Shown: positions 9,222 to 17,950, counted from the first letter of the stretch. The stretch is DNA of 47,992 nt from Flavobacteriales bacterium (GCA_947453795.1 CANGIC010000001.1:1-47992), one strand, 5' to 3'. The notes: generated by a model not told the origin, from the sequence alone. Translations and numbers: made by a program.

Positions 9222-10260
9222 TTTTACGCAGCATTTCGTTGAATAATGTATATAGTTTTTCGGCACCTTGAAATGAGGAAACTGTGCCGTTGAACACCTC
9301 TTTTTCCATCTCATTCAGTGCCTTATGCATTTCTTGGTTTCCAAAAAATTCGTGTAAGATCATTTCTTTCAAACTTTCATTGAGCCAAAAGCAATCTTGT
9401 TTTTTACGGTTTTCATCAAACCAGCCATTGATGCGCGTGGTGTTCATGTACGATTCGATGGTCGTCCACACTTTATCGATATTCATGTTCTGCAATGCAC
9501 TGCATGTAAAGGACGGTGCAATCCAGCCGCTGGATTTTGGCGGAAACAAGTGCATCGCATTCGCATATTCTCGCGCCGCCATTTCCGATTTCTTCACATT
9601 TTCCCCATCGGCCTTGGTAATCACTAAGGCATCCGCCATTTCCATTATTCCACGTTTAATTCCCTGGAGCTCATCACCCGCTCCAGAAAGCATCAACAAG
9701 AGGAAGAAGTCCACCATGGAATGCACTAAGGTTTCCGATTGCCCCACACCCACCGTTTCAATTAAAATGACATCAAATCCTGCCGCTTCACAGAGGTAAA
9801 TGGCTTCACGTGTTCTGCGGGCAACACCTCCAAGCGTTCCACCCGCCGCAGTAGGACGAATAAACACATTGGGATGCACCGACAACTCATTCATGCGGGT
9901 TTTGTCTCCAAGAATACTCCCTCCACTTTCCGCACTCGAAGGATCAATCGCCAAGACCGAAACTTTCAATCCTTTGTCCGCCAATAAGCAACCAAATGAC
10001 TCAATGAAGGTACTTTTTCCCACTCCCGGAACCCCTGTTATACCAATGCGAATAGCGGTATGTCCAACTTTTAATGCATGATTCACCAAGGCATTGGCTT
10101 CATGTCGATCGCTTTCCAGGGTGCTTTCCAGGACTGTAATCCCGGCGCTGAGTGCCTCTTTATCGCCTTTGATGATGCGGGGAAATAACTGATCGGCAGA
10201 GCGGGAATCTTTCCGTTCTTTGCGTCGCCGCAGCCAATCTTCCAAATGTTGCTCATCCAT
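9211..10260 (-). CDS. meaB: Methylmalonyl-CoA-mutase-associated G3E GTPase MeaB/ArgK
   Basis: Motifs seen are P-loop GVPGVGKST, ETVGVGQSE and TKADG. The true ATG is at 10260 (MDEQHLEDW); the track start at 10269 is a TTG. Confidence 0.85.
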   Translation of the reverse strand: MDEQHLEDWLRRRKERKDSRSADQLFPRIIKGDKEALSAGITVLESTLESDRHEANALVNHALKVGHTAIRIGITGVPGVGKSTFIESFGCLLADKGLKVSVLAIDPSSAESGGSILGDKTRMNELSVHPNVFIRPTAAGGTLGGVARRTREAIYLCEAAGFDVILIETVGVGQSETLVHSMVDFFLLLMLSGAGDELQGIKRGIMEMADALVITKADGENVKKSEMAAREYANAMHLFPPKSSGWIAPSFTCSALQNMNIDKVWTTIESYMNTTRINGWFDENRKKQDCFWLNESLKEMILHEFFGNQEMHKALNEMEKEVFNGTVSSFQGAEKLYTLFNEMLRKNGK

Positions 10261-10266
10261 GGAGAA

Positions 10267-10274
10267 CAAATGTA
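10267..10274 (-). promoter_or_regulatory. Candidate -7 promoter box (TACATTTG) for meaB
   Basis: Exact TAnnTTTG on the minus strand, only 6 nt from the meaB ATG. Confidence 0.55.
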
Positions 10275-10304
10275 TTTAAAAGTTCGCTGCTTTGGCAACT
10301 TTCT

Positions 10305-10312
10305 TAATTTTG
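10305..10312 (+). promoter_or_regulatory. Candidate -7 promoter box (TAATTTTG) for the phosphoesterase gene
   Basis: Exact TAnnTTTG, only 4 nt from the ATG at 10317. Confidence 0.55.
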
Positions 10313-10316
10313 TCGC

Positions 10317-10814
10317 ATGACCAAAATCGGGCTTTTATCGGACACACACGGTTATGTAGATCCAAAGATTTACGACTACTTCAAGGATGTCGATGAAATA
10401 TGGCATGCCGGGGACATTGGGGACATTGCAGTCATTGATGAACTGCGAAAATTCAAGACCTTGCGTGGAGTGTACGGCAACATCGACGATCACATTATCC
10501 GTTCAGAAATGCCCGAATTCAATCGATTTACATGCGAAGAAGTGGAGGTGTTAATCACCCACATTGGTGGAAAACCCGGAAAATATGCCAAACCTGCGTT
10601 TGACGTGTTGGAGGAAAAGGCACCTAAACTATTCATCTGTGGACATTCGCACATCTTGTTGGTTAAAATGGACCCGCGCTACAACATGCTCTGGATGAAT
10701 CCTGGGGCCTGCGGCTTCAAGGGCTTTCACAGTGTAAAAACCATCTTGCGGTTCAGCATCACCGCCGACAGAATTCACGATTTAGAAGCCATTGAATTGG
10801 GAAAAAGGGTTTAG
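10317..10814 (+). CDS. Metallophosphoesterase, YfcE/MJ0936 family
   Basis: 165 aa with the motifs LSDTHG, HAGDIGD, GNID and GHSH. Confidence 0.85.
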   Translation: MTKIGLLSDTHGYVDPKIYDYFKDVDEIWHAGDIGDIAVIDELRKFKTLRGVYGNIDDHIIRSEMPEFNRFTCEEVEVLITHIGGKPGKYAKPAFDVLEEKAPKLFICGHSHILLVKMDPRYNMLWMNPGACGFKGFHSVKTILRFSITADRIHDLEAIELGKRV

Positions 10815-10861
10815 ATTAAAATTTAACACTGATATTTGCGTTAGTTGTGCCAATCAAATAA

Positions 10862-11911
10862 ATGAATGATCGAATGATGACCAGAATTGTCCTCCTCTCT
10901 TTTTTTATCGTGAGTGCCTTAGTGGCGACAGGACAAACGGGCGGCACTTATGCATTTCCTTTGCTCGATCTTACTTTCAATGCGCGATCTGCAGGACTTG
11001 GCAATGAATTTATCTCCGTAAAAGACAATGACGTCAACCTTGGGATTACCAATCCGTCGTTGTTGAACGCCAAAATGCACAACTCAATTTCGGTCAACCA
11101 AGCACTCTTGGCGGGCGGTGTAAATTACGGCATGTTGGCGTATGGACGAAACATGTTTGGTGGCGTTGTGAGTACCTCGATGCGCTATGTCAACTACGGA
11201 GAGTTTCGCTATACCGATGTGACTGGCGCTGATTACGGCAGTTTCCGGCCTTTTGAATGTATCGTCGGGGTGGGCTATGGCAAGCAATTGAATCCCCGCA
11301 TTTCGGTAGGTGCGAATTTTAACCTACTCTATTCCCAACTTGAGATTTACAATGCAATGGGGGCTTCTATTGATTTAGCGGGCACCTACACCAATAAATC
11401 CGAGAATCTGCTGGTCACAGCGATGATGAAAAATGTGGGGTACCAGTTCAATGGCTACAGCACGAAACAGCACGATCCACTTCCCGTCGAAATGCAAATG
11501 GCCGCTTCGTACAAATTGGGACATGCGCCATTTCGTTTTTCCTTATTGGCGCACCACCTCAATCGCTGGGACCTGAGTTACAATGACCCCAATGCCCTTC
11601 CAACGCTAGATCCTTTGACAGGCGATACAATCCCAGTGCCTAGCGCAGGTTTTGGAGAAAAGTTCGCAAGGCACCTTACCTATCAAGCTGAAATTCTTAT
11701 TTCAAAAAGTTTACACCTGCGTGCGGGATTTGATTACAACCGTCGTCAAGAAATGAAACTCGTGAATAGGCCGGGTATTTCTGGCTTCACCTTCGGTATG
11801 GGACTCTACTTCAAGAAGTTCACTATCGACTATGGATTTTCCTCCTATTCCCATTCGGGTTCCTTGCACATGCTGACCTTGTCAAGTTGCATTGATCGTT
11901 GGCGGAAATAA
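10862..11911 (+). CDS. porQ: Type IX secretion system outer-membrane protein PorQ
   Basis: 349 aa with a signal peptide. The N-terminal motif GGTYAFPLLDLTFNARSAGLG..NPSLLN and the overall beta-barrel pattern match the PorQ family as I remember it. It is distinct from the PorP/SprF QYMFN..NPAYAG signature. Confidence 0.7.
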   Translation: MNDRMMTRIVLLSFFIVSALVATGQTGGTYAFPLLDLTFNARSAGLGNEFISVKDNDVNLGITNPSLLNAKMHNSISVNQALLAGGVNYGMLAYGRNMFGGVVSTSMRYVNYGEFRYTDVTGADYGSFRPFECIVGVGYGKQLNPRISVGANFNLLYSQLEIYNAMGASIDLAGTYTNKSENLLVTAMMKNVGYQFNGYSTKQHDPLPVEMQMAASYKLGHAPFRFSLLAHHLNRWDLSYNDPNALPTLDPLTGDTIPVPSAGFGEKFARHLTYQAEILISKSLHLRAGFDYNRRQEMKLVNRPGISGFTFGMGLYFKKFTIDYGFSSYSHSGSLHMLTLSSCIDRWRK

Positions 11912-12013
11912 TAACTTGACCCGTGTTATTTTCTCGCACATTAGTGAGTTTAATGGATTGTTTTTCATTAACACCGTAAAAATTACTGTGTATTCATCTC
12001 ATATCATTCGTGT

Positions 12014-12883
12014 ATGCGTTTTTCTTGTAACAAATTTCTGTCTTTCGTTCTATTTACATGCTTCATCTTCAATGTACAAGCCGAAGGCATTACTTTTCAA
12101 AAACTGAGCTCAGCCCAAGCATTGGCCAAGGCAAAAAAGGAAAATAAAAAAGTTTTTATTGATGTCTTTGCCGTATGGTGTGGACCCTGTAAATACCTGA
12201 GCAATACAGTATTTGTTGATGAGTCCCTCGGTACCTACATGAATGCGCACTTTGTATGCATTAAAATTGACGGTGAAGATGGCGAAGGAATTAAAATGAT
12301 GGAGGAATTTTCTATAGACGCCTATCCCACCCTCTTGTTTTTAGATCCAGACCGAAAACTCCTAAAGAAAATCGTTGGGGCCTCTGAGGCAGATGACCTT
12401 TTAGAGAAAGCAAAAGGCGTAATTTCACCTGAAACAACCATGATATATCAACTCAATACGCGCTACCAACAAGGAGAACGAGAGAAAGCGTTTTTAAGGG
12501 AATTCATTGCTGAGAAATCAACTGATGGAGAAAATATCAGCTCATTGCTTGAGGAATATCTAAAACTATATCCGACATTAAATCTGGAGGACCCTAATGA
12601 CTTTCTCATTTTTAGACTTTCGAAGACCGATTTGAAAGACCCCTTGGTTCAATCCTTTCTGCATGAAGCTAAAAAATACATTGAGCGCTATGGCGAAGAT
12701 GTTTTTGCGTATGTGGATACAATTTTCACAACACTTATTGAGGAAGCAAAGGTCACGAAAGATCTCGAAAGGGTAAAGAACGGGCTCGAAATACTCTATC
12801 CTGTCTTTCAGATTATACTCCCGGAGGAGAACGCGACCAAGGAAGAAATCCTCGCATCTATTGAATCCTATTTCAATCAGTAG
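12014..12883 (+). CDS. Secreted thioredoxin-fold protein with a helical C-terminal extension
   Basis: Has a signal peptide, the WCGPC active site and the AYPTLLF cis-Pro region. 289 aa. Confidence 0.75.
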   Translation: MRFSCNKFLSFVLFTCFIFNVQAEGITFQKLSSAQALAKAKKENKKVFIDVFAVWCGPCKYLSNTVFVDESLGTYMNAHFVCIKIDGEDGEGIKMMEEFSIDAYPTLLFLDPDRKLLKKIVGASEADDLLEKAKGVISPETTMIYQLNTRYQQGEREKAFLREFIAEKSTDGENISSLLEEYLKLYPTLNLEDPNDFLIFRLSKTDLKDPLVQSFLHEAKKYIERYGEDVFAYVDTIFTTLIEEAKVTKDLERVKNGLEILYPVFQIILPEENATKEEILASIESYFNQ

Positions 12884-12981
12884 ATTCATTCATGAAAATC
12901 AGCATTTTTTTAATTTTTAAAAACCTCATTTTCAATTACTTATAATTTATCAACAACTTTTTTTATAGTTTTCAACAACCT

Positions 12982-13011
12982 TTTGGTCCCCAATTACGTA
13001 TTAGGACCAAA
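12982..13011 (+). promoter_or_regulatory. Perfect 8-bp stem-loop in the leader of the first beta-barrel gene
   Basis: tttggtcc (12982-12989) pairs with ggaccaaa (13004-13011) around a 14-nt loop. The structure ends 18 nt before the ATG at 13030. Confidence 0.5.
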
Positions 13012-13029
13012 CAATTTAAACTGTAAACT

Positions 13030-13719
13030 ATGAAAAAGTTAGCATTACTAGTAGGTGCAATTGCCTTGACAGGATCAACATTTGCACAAAGACCAACAGA
13101 TTCAAATCCATTCTCATTGGAAGGAGGATTGAGTTTAAACACAACATCAAACACATTCAACGCGCCGATGTTAAAGCTGCGTTATTTTGCTGCTGACAAC
13201 ATTGCGATTCGTCTTGGATTGCAAATGGGCAATTCAAAAACAGTAGACAATTATTATGGTTTTGATGCGCAAGGAAATGAGTCGGCTGATTCTTTAGGAA
13301 CAGTGACAACGAAAAACCATCTAACATGGGTATCATTGGGTGGATCCTACCATTTCTCACAAATGGACCGCCTTTCTCCTTATGTTGCCTTGGACGTAAT
13401 GATTGGTTCAGGTTCAACCAAAGTTGATGGTATGGATACGGACGGATTAGGATACGACGCTGGACGCACATCTACTTCAACAGTGAAGAATTCAGGTTTA
13501 GGATTAAATATTGCTGGTGGTTTTGACTACTATTTCGCTGAAAACGTATTCATTGGAGGTGAGGTTGGTTTCATGTTCTTGAGTACTAAAGACAAAGGAG
13601 GAGAAGCAAGTTCTACATTTGGTTCAACTACTACTACAATAACTACTCTTCCGTCAGGATCTATTTCTTCATTCGGAAACAGCGCGACTGCAGCGATCCG
13701 TTTGGGTTGGAGATTCTAA
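13030..13719 (+). CDS. Small outer-membrane beta-barrel protein, paralog 1
   Basis: 229 aa with a signal peptide ending AQ, alternating hydrophobic strands, and a C-terminal GNSATAAIRLGWRF ending in Phe. Confidence 0.75.
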   Translation: MKKLALLVGAIALTGSTFAQRPTDSNPFSLEGGLSLNTTSNTFNAPMLKLRYFAADNIAIRLGLQMGNSKTVDNYYGFDAQGNESADSLGTVTTKNHLTWVSLGGSYHFSQMDRLSPYVALDVMIGSGSTKVDGMDTDGLGYDAGRTSTSTVKNSGLGLNIAGGFDYYFAENVFIGGEVGFMFLSTKDKGGEASSTFGSTTTTITTLPSGSISSFGNSATAAIRLGWRF

Positions 13720-13741
13720 GCTGAAATGATTTTTTTTTAAG

Positions 13742-13763
13742 AGGGGCTTCGGCCCCTTTTTTT
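13742..13763 (+). terminator. Rho-independent terminator
   Basis: The hairpin aggggc-ttcg-gcccct is followed by a T-run. An A/T run precedes it, so it may work in both directions. Confidence 0.85.
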
Positions 13764-13873
13764 GTGCCCAAACAATTCACATAACTCCAATCGTATTCAC
13801 CTTAGAATTTCTGCATGAGCAATCTCATCTTTTAACCTAACATCCATCACCGTCCCCTATTGCTTATCGCCCT

Positions 13874-13881
13874 TATCTTTG
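13874..13881 (+). promoter_or_regulatory. Candidate -7 promoter box (TATCTTTG) for beta-barrel paralog 2
   Basis: Exact TAnnTTTG, 25 nt before the ATG at 13907. The context ttatctttgcacaaa resembles the box at 8465. Confidence 0.6.
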
Positions 13882-13906
13882 CACAAACCACATAACGTTA
13901 ATCAAT

Positions 13907-14605
13907 ATGAAAAAGATTACATTTTTAGTTGGGGCCCTTGCATTGTCTGGTACAATTTTAGCCCAAAGACCCATTGATTCGAATCCCTTCTCTTTGGAAG
14001 GAGGACTGAGTCTAAACAGTTTAACCAACTCTTTTACTGCACCAATGATTAAGTTCCGCTACTTTGCTACGGACAATTTTGCTGCACGTATTGGATTTCA
14101 ACACAACTATTCCCAAGATGTCTACAACATCTACGGATTGGGGGCAGACTTTCACCCCAATGTTGACTCTATTGGAACACAAACCTTACGTTCAGCAACG
14201 ACATGGATTAGTCTAGGTGGTTCGTACCATTTCTCGCAGATGGAACGCCTTTCACCTTACATTGCCTTGGATGTGCTGATTGGGTTTGGATCTCAACACG
14301 AGGATTGGAAAGATTACTCTCCCAATTCAGGTGCTCCAGGTGACGGAGATTTTGTGAAAGGTTCAAATGCCGAAGTCATGACCAAAAACAATGGGTTTGG
14401 TCTAGGACTCGCTGCTGGATTTGATTATTATTTTGCCGAAAATGTCTTTATTGGCGCTGAGTTAGGTCTCAGTTTGCGGTCAACAGTCGACAAAGGTGGG
14501 GAAATGAATTTGAGTGGGACGACCATTAAAATTCATCCTCAAGGGAACTCGATCTCATTTGGAAACAGCGCAACAGCTGCGATCCGATTGGGTTGGCGAT
14601 TCTAA
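13907..14605 (+). CDS. Small outer-membrane beta-barrel protein, paralog 2
   Basis: 232 aa. The N-terminal roughly 55 aa and the C-terminal FGNSATAAIRLGWRF are near-identical to the 13030 gene, while the central segments have diverged. Confidence 0.75.
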   Translation: MKKITFLVGALALSGTILAQRPIDSNPFSLEGGLSLNSLTNSFTAPMIKFRYFATDNFAARIGFQHNYSQDVYNIYGLGADFHPNVDSIGTQTLRSATTWISLGGSYHFSQMERLSPYIALDVLIGFGSQHEDWKDYSPNSGAPGDGDFVKGSNAEVMTKNNGFGLGLAAGFDYYFAENVFIGAELGLSLRSTVDKGGEMNLSGTTIKIHPQGNSISFGNSATAAIRLGWRF

Positions 14606-14627
14606 GTCACTCCGCCAAAAAAAAGGA

Positions 14628-14656
14628 AAGGGTCAGCCAAGGTTGGCCCTTTTTTT
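14628..14656 (+). terminator. Rho-independent terminator
   Basis: Stem gggtcagc / gttggccc (8 bp including 2 G-T wobbles), followed by a T-run at 14650-14656 and preceded by an A-run. Confidence 0.7.
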
Positions 14657-14683
14657 ATGCCACGAATTCCGTACATTCGCACT

Positions 14684-15376
14684 ATGTCGACTAAAAGAAT
14701 TACGATCGCGATTGACGGCCATTCCTCTTGCGGAAAAAGCACCATGGCAAAAGCACTTTCCAAGACATTGGGTTATGCCTTTGTGGACAGTGGTGCCATG
14801 TACCGCGGTGTTACATTGTATTGCCGTCAGCACGATTTAATCACTGACGGAAAACCAAATGAGTTTGCGATTGCGGCCCACCTTGACAAGATTTCACTCT
14901 CTTTTCAATTCAATCCAGAACGAGGAGCAAGTGACTTATTTCTCAATGGCATAAACGTAGAATCACTCATTCGTACCCCAGAGGTAGCGGGGGATGTATC
15001 CAAAATTGCTGCACTGCCCTTTGTCCGCAAGAAATTGGTAGATGAGCAACGAAAAATGGGAGAAAATGGTGGGATTGTTATGGACGGTCGAGACATTGGC
15101 TCTGTGGTTTTTCCCCAAGCCGAGCTCAAGCTATTTGTTACCGCAGCTCCCGATATCCGAGCGCAACGTCGTTTATTGGAACTCCAACAAAATGGCATCG
15201 AAACTACCTTTGACGAAGTGCTACAAAACCTCACAGAGCGCGACTATTTGGATTCAAACCGCGAAGATAGCCCACTAATCCAAATGCCTGATGCTGTTAT
15301 CATTGACACTTCTAACCTCAATAGAGAAGAACAAGTGACCATGGCTCTCGAATTGGTTCAATCGCGACTGAAATAA
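14684..15376 (+). CDS. cmk: Cytidylate kinase
   Basis: Shows the P-loop IAIDGHSSCGKST and typical Cmk length and layout. The ATG at 14684 is preferred because the track start at 14657 lies inside the upstream terminator T-run. Confidence 0.9.
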   Translation: MSTKRITIAIDGHSSCGKSTMAKALSKTLGYAFVDSGAMYRGVTLYCRQHDLITDGKPNEFAIAAHLDKISLSFQFNPERGASDLFLNGINVESLIRTPEVAGDVSKIAALPFVRKKLVDEQRKMGENGGIVMDGRDIGSVVFPQAELKLFVTAAPDIRAQRRLLELQQNGIETTFDEVLQNLTERDYLDSNREDSPLIQMPDAVIIDTSNLNREEQVTMALELVQSRLK

Positions 15377-15414
15377 TCCATAATCTGATTTTCAACACAT
15401 AAATACCTGGAAAT

Positions 15415-16077
15415 ATGAACTCAATCGGTACCGCCACAGAAGCGCTCATCAACCGCAGCCCTTTTTTACGGGAAGCGATGGCCGAGGACCTCATCAATAT
15501 TTCTGCATTGGCAAGAAAATTACAACCCGACATTGAGGAGATGATGGGTAAAAAAGTAAACGAAGGTGCCATTGTCATGGCGATTAAACGCATGACACCC
15601 GGACTTTACCAGCGCTTGAACATGAAAATCACCAACATGATGGGTGATTTAGGCGATTTTCTGGTGAGGAACAATTTGACAGACTTTACTTTTGAAAATA
15701 CAGAAACGCTGAAAACAGCGCAAACACAACTTTTTGAAACCATTTCCAAAGAGGACGATTCCTTTTTCGCACTTTGTCAAGGGGTTACAGAAACAACTTA
15801 TGTACTTCAAGAGCGCCATTCTGCACTGATGGAAAAATGTTTCGCTAAGGAGCGCTTGAAGTCACACAATATGAACCTCTCCTCGGTTACCGTTAAGCTT
15901 CCCAACCTCAACAATGAAATATACGGGGTGTATTATTACCTATTGAAGCACCTGGCTTGGCAAGGAATTAACATCGTGGAAATTGTTTCGACATCAACAG
16001 AATTTACCATTGTCGTGCGTCAGGAAGATGTAGAAAGTGCCTTTGGTATTTTAATGCAGCTCAAGCGAAAGCTTTAA
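15415..16077 (+). CDS. ACT-domain protein (aspartokinase regulatory-domain-like, no kinase domain)
   Basis: 220 aa. The C-terminal segment NIVEIVSTSTEFTIVVRQEDVESAFGIL resembles aspartokinase-type ACT domains. Confidence 0.45.
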   Translation: MNSIGTATEALINRSPFLREAMAEDLINISALARKLQPDIEEMMGKKVNEGAIVMAIKRMTPGLYQRLNMKITNMMGDLGDFLVRNNLTDFTFENTETLKTAQTQLFETISKEDDSFFALCQGVTETTYVLQERHSALMEKCFAKERLKSHNMNLSSVTVKLPNLNNEIYGVYYYLLKHLAWQGINIVEIVSTSTEFTIVVRQEDVESAFGILMQLKRKL

Positions 16078-16818
16078 TCAATTGTCATCGATCAATTCAC
16101 CAAGTCCATATTTATTGAAGGAAATTGAGCTAGGAACGCCACGGAAATAAATATTCCCCGAACCATTTGTCTCCGTCTTCAATTTTACCTGATCCGCATT
16201 GATGTGAACGGGACCTTGCGTGGATGAAATGACCGTAATGGAATCCTTGACATTCAACCCATAAGTGTTACAAAACCCGTTACTCCACACATTGAAATTG
16301 GCATAATTGACATTTCCAGAGAAAGTGAAGTCACCCCAACCGTGGCTAATGGTCGCAATAACAGCGAGTGCATCAAAATTTAAATTGACCGGTCCAGCGC
16401 CATCGCGGATAAGTAAGGTAAGCCAACTAAAGTTCAATTTCCCTTTGTTTGTAAGCGATTCTGAGCCCTCAAAATGAATGTTTTCAATGCTTTTAAAGTG
16501 AATTTCAGCTTTTACTTTTTTATCATACGAGCGAAAAAAAGTGCATTTGTTTTCATTGCTTATTTCTAATGTTTGATCACTTACCGAAACAGCGATAAAG
16601 TTCAAGAGGTTCTTCCCTCCTGTGAGCACAACCTTTTCAACGGTATCCTGCACCAGGACAAATTCTACATGCTCCTTTAGGAACATTTTAGTGAATGGCT
16701 CAACTGCGATTGTCAGTTCTGTTTCTTCACCTGCTGTTTTCCAGCATGGTCTATTTTCTGGTTTCTTACAGGCCGAAAGGACAAGAACAATCAAACTTAG
16801 GACGACGATCGGCTTCAT
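16078..16818 (-). CDS. Lipoprotein with a DUF2807 / head-GIN (putative adhesin) beta-helical domain
   Basis: Has the lipobox LVLSAC and the repetitive pattern GSGNIYFRG..., GDFTFSG. The ATG at 16818 overlaps the upstream gene's TGA, giving ATGA. Confidence 0.6.
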   Translation of the reverse strand: MKPIVVLSLIVLVLSACKKPENRPCWKTAGEETELTIAVEPFTKMFLKEHVEFVLVQDTVEKVVLTGGKNLLNFIAVSVSDQTLEISNENKCTFFRSYDKKVKAEIHFKSIENIHFEGSESLTNKGKLNFSWLTLLIRDGAGPVNLNFDALAVIATISHGWGDFTFSGNVNYANFNVWSNGFCNTYGLNVKDSITVISSTQGPVHINADQVKLKTETNGSGNIYFRGVPSSISFNKYGLGELIDDN

Positions 16819-17891
16819 TTTTTCTTGTAATTGAAGGTGTAACCAAGTCCCCACTCCACATAATCGGCTTTAGCCCAGTGCGATTTTAACACAACCTGAG
16901 TGTTCAACCCATTCTTAAAGTAATAACGAATCCCGACACGGTGATACATGGCATCTTCAGGTTGGTATTTGTCCTTTACATATACACCCATTCCAAGTGT
17001 GAAATGAAATTGGTCGAGTGGCAACAAATAACCAACAAAAACACCCAATTGAAGGATATCCCATTGTGACTTGGCAATCTCTGGTCGGTATGCTTGAATG
17101 GCTTGTTTGGAAATGATGTCGAAGGACGCCTCCACACCAACCTTGGGCTTAGTGAAATAACGCGCATGTAAACTCAAGGCAAAAATGGGATACTTCTTCA
17201 TTCCCGTTGGAAAAACTTCTTTCACAGAAGTAATTGCCGTTACACCAAACAACCATTTTCTCAAAGGCACTACATTCGGTAAGGTCAAACTGTCCTTTGG
17301 AGCCGTTTGAATGATGCGTCCATATCCGAAGGACAAATAGGGTAAATTCACTCCCAAGTTCGGCACTTTGTAGGCGCCATTGCTGAAGTGGGTCATGTCT
17401 ATTCCTAAAACAATCGCATTTCGTCCGAAAGAAAACTGACTTTTTAATCCTAAGCAAATCAACGCATTTCCATGTGTGCTCATGGCCACATTTTTCGGAT
17501 TGAGTTCATTACTGAACACTTTTGATGTGTATCCCAAACCAGCCCCCATCTTGCCGTAAAGCTGAAAATGACGGGACTTCACAAATGGAAATTCGATAAA
17601 ACTATAGGCACCCCAGAATGTTCCAAGAATCGTGTTATTTCCTACAGATCCGCCGAAAAGCGTTGCTCCCATGCTCGGATAACCACAGGCCTCATGCCAT
17701 TGTTTTCGACCTTTAGGATGAAAAAAAAGTGACAGTTCACCTGCATACGCTTGATTGACCGCCAAGTGGCTCATGACACCTCGGTGTGCCGCAAGAAACC
17801 CCACCTTTTGGCGGTATTCCAAGCCCCACTCCTTCTGCAAGAAAGCAGAAAAAGAGATGAAAACGAATATGAAGAATAATCCTGAGCGCAT
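16815..17891 (-). CDS. Acyloxyacyl hydrolase / lipid A deacylase (PagL-like) outer-membrane protein
   Basis: 358 aa with a signal peptide and beta-barrel character. It carries the HFSNG motif expected for the PagL His/Ser site. Confidence 0.5.
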   Translation of the reverse strand: MRSGLFFIFVFISFSAFLQKEWGLEYRQKVGFLAAHRGVMSHLAVNQAYAGELSLFFHPKGRKQWHEACGYPSMGATLFGGSVGNNTILGTFWGAYSFIEFPFVKSRHFQLYGKMGAGLGYTSKVFSNELNPKNVAMSTHGNALICLGLKSQFSFGRNAIVLGIDMTHFSNGAYKVPNLGVNLPYLSFGYGRIIQTAPKDSLTLPNVVPLRKWLFGVTAITSVKEVFPTGMKKYPIFALSLHARYFTKPKVGVEASFDIISKQAIQAYRPEIAKSQWDILQLGVFVGYLLPLDQFHFTLGMGVYVKDKYQPEDAMYHRVGIRYYFKNGLNTQVVLKSHWAKADYVEWGLGYTFNYKKK

Positions 17892-17937
17892 TTCGGATGC
17901 TAAAATAATGAATTGAAAAGTACATTCCGAAAAATTC

Positions 17938-17945
17938 TACTTTTG
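17938..17945 (+). promoter_or_regulatory. Candidate -7 promoter box (TACTTTTG) for mazG
   Basis: Exact TAnnTTTG, 5 nt from the ATG at 17951. Confidence 0.55.
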
Positions 17946-17950
17946 TTGCC

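Noticed and set aside
14657-14683. The upstream cmk start at 14657 (MPRIPYIRT...)
   Set aside because: That ATG lies inside the T-run of the preceding terminator. The ATG at 14684 gives the normal spacing to the P-loop.
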